Part shown: piece by piece, positions 62,565-64,000 of the stretch
Numbering within the stretch: position 1 is the stretch's first letter
How the letters are laid out: each line of letters starts with the position of its first letter
Source of the DNA: Octopus vulgaris
Lineage: Eukaryota
DNA length: 64,000 nt
Direction: 5' to 3'
Assembly: GCA_951406725.2 (NCBI GenBank)
Contig: OX597837.1
Location: 4,898,001-4,962,000, forward strand
Translations under genes and position numbers: made by a program
Notes under the pieces: model-generated
What the model was told of the DNA's origin: nothing
Seen by the model: the letters and a program-made list of their open reading frames with translations, nothing else
Databases searched by the model: none

Positions 62565-64000
62565 CAGAGAAAGAGAGAGAGAGAGAGATGACACCATGTG
62601 TGAACCACAGAGTCAGCCAGTCAACAAGTCAGTCCTGACAAATATCTGTAGATTAGAACACAACCTTTAACCTATTCTCAACAACACTTCAGATGATCAC
62701 ATGATGGGCCAAAGGAAAATAGCACATACACACAAGTGGGGTGGTAGTACACACACACACATACGTGTATATCCATATATAAAATATAAACACACAAATA
62801 TGCAACTTTACATACACAGATCCATAGTCACATACTTCCACATACACATATCATCATCATCATCATCGTTTAACGTCCGCTTTCCATGCTAGCATGGGTT
62901 GGACGGTTCAACTGGGGTCTTGGAAGCCAGATGGCTGCATTAGGCTCTAGTCTGATCTGGCAGTGTTTCTACAGCTGGATGCCCTTCCTAACACCAACCA
63001 CTCAGTGAGTGTAGTGGGTGCTTTTTTATGTGCCACACAAGGCTGGCAAACGACCACGATCGGATGGTGCTTTTTACGTGCCACCGGCACGGATGCTAGT
63101 CGGGGCGGCGCTGGCAACGGCCACGTTTGGATGGTTCTCTTACGTGCCACAAGCACTGGTATCAAAGCTACAATTTTATATATTTTATGATTTTATATAT
63201 ACACATATATACATGCATACCAACGTTATTAAGAGTAACTTTGATTGTTTAAAAGCTGGTGAAATTTTTTTGCAAAGCATCAAGGTACCAGGTGGGGTTG
63301 AAGATGTTGAAACAGAAAGTGCAGTTATTGCATTTAGGGTGGGTGGGTCATCCTTGCTGCGAGCCAAGCCCTTCACATGTGAAATGATATCAATTGGGAT
63401 ATCGATCGGCTGTTATGGATTAGAAACATGTCGTTCAGGACAAAGTTTGTCTCACATGGTACAAAATAAAACATGGGTGGTTTCTACGAAGCAGTGAAAA
63501 AGAACAAGAGAAAACAGAGTAATTAAGAACAGGTACGCATTTCCCAGGTGAGCAGCTTGAGCCTGAAATATTGTGGGCCAGAACTAGGCATGATGTACAA
63601 GCTTAGCTGGCTCACGTACTATCAGAACATGAAATTTATATTTGCTCACATTTAATTCTGTGTTTATTAAATGATATTTGTCTCTCGATGGATGGAGCGC
63701 TTCTTTTGTTGATCAAACAAATAACAGCAGAGTATATATATATAAGTTCAGCCCAAAATTAGATTCAAATGAATATGGTACTTAATTTAGATGCACCAGA
63801 ATTCTGTATGGTGTTATCCATAAAAATCCGCAGGGTGATTATAATCAAAATAAGCAACAAGAATGAATCCGGTACAGATATGTGCCAATGTATGTATATA
63901 TATATATATATATATACATAGGGGAGAATTCCCGAAAAAAACAAAAGATGAAGACAGGTGGTGTAGACAACAAACAGATGTGTTAGTATTATGCTTGGGA

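Noticed and set aside
63018-63497. 159-aa plus-strand ORF
   Set aside because: It starts inside a family-B repeat, has no plus-strand splice signals or recognisable domain, and the splice-like signals here are on the minus strand.

Overview
AT-rich, microsatellite- and SINE-dense eukaryotic genomic DNA. The repeat families look like those of a coleoid cephalopod, probably Octopus; this is an inference. The main feature is the 5' part of DNAJC13/RME-8 on the minus strand. I traced 29 GT-AG coding exons by hand from the ATG at 44683 to the window edge at 1; all junction phases match and they total 3000 nt (1000 codons), with the gene continuing beyond the window. Almost all ORFs in the supplied track are artefacts of microsatellites or repeats. 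Introns and the upstream region hold several tRNA-derived SINE families, LINE 3' fragments (CR1-like, R4/Dong-like, L1/Tx1-like), a truncated mariner, MITEs (8-bp-TSD, TTAA piggyBac-type, TA Tc2-type) and Helitron-like ends. Most notable: (1) four or five unrelated hammerhead-ribozyme-like motifs in Penelope-type inverted arrangements, one fused to a Pol III tRNA head and one inside a perfect 209-bp palindrome; (2) an unannotated TATA-preceded exon (50464-50616) encoding a VIDLT SUMO-interacting-type motif, which can splice in frame either to a private second exon or to the DNAJC13 start exon; (3) a 12-unit satellite built from a piggyBac-type MITE; (4) a repeat family made only of an RTE-like structured 5'UTR; (5) a chain of phase-compatible orphan exons at 55.5-63.5 kb. 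Repeat boundaries are approximate and all family names come from motif recognition, not database searches.
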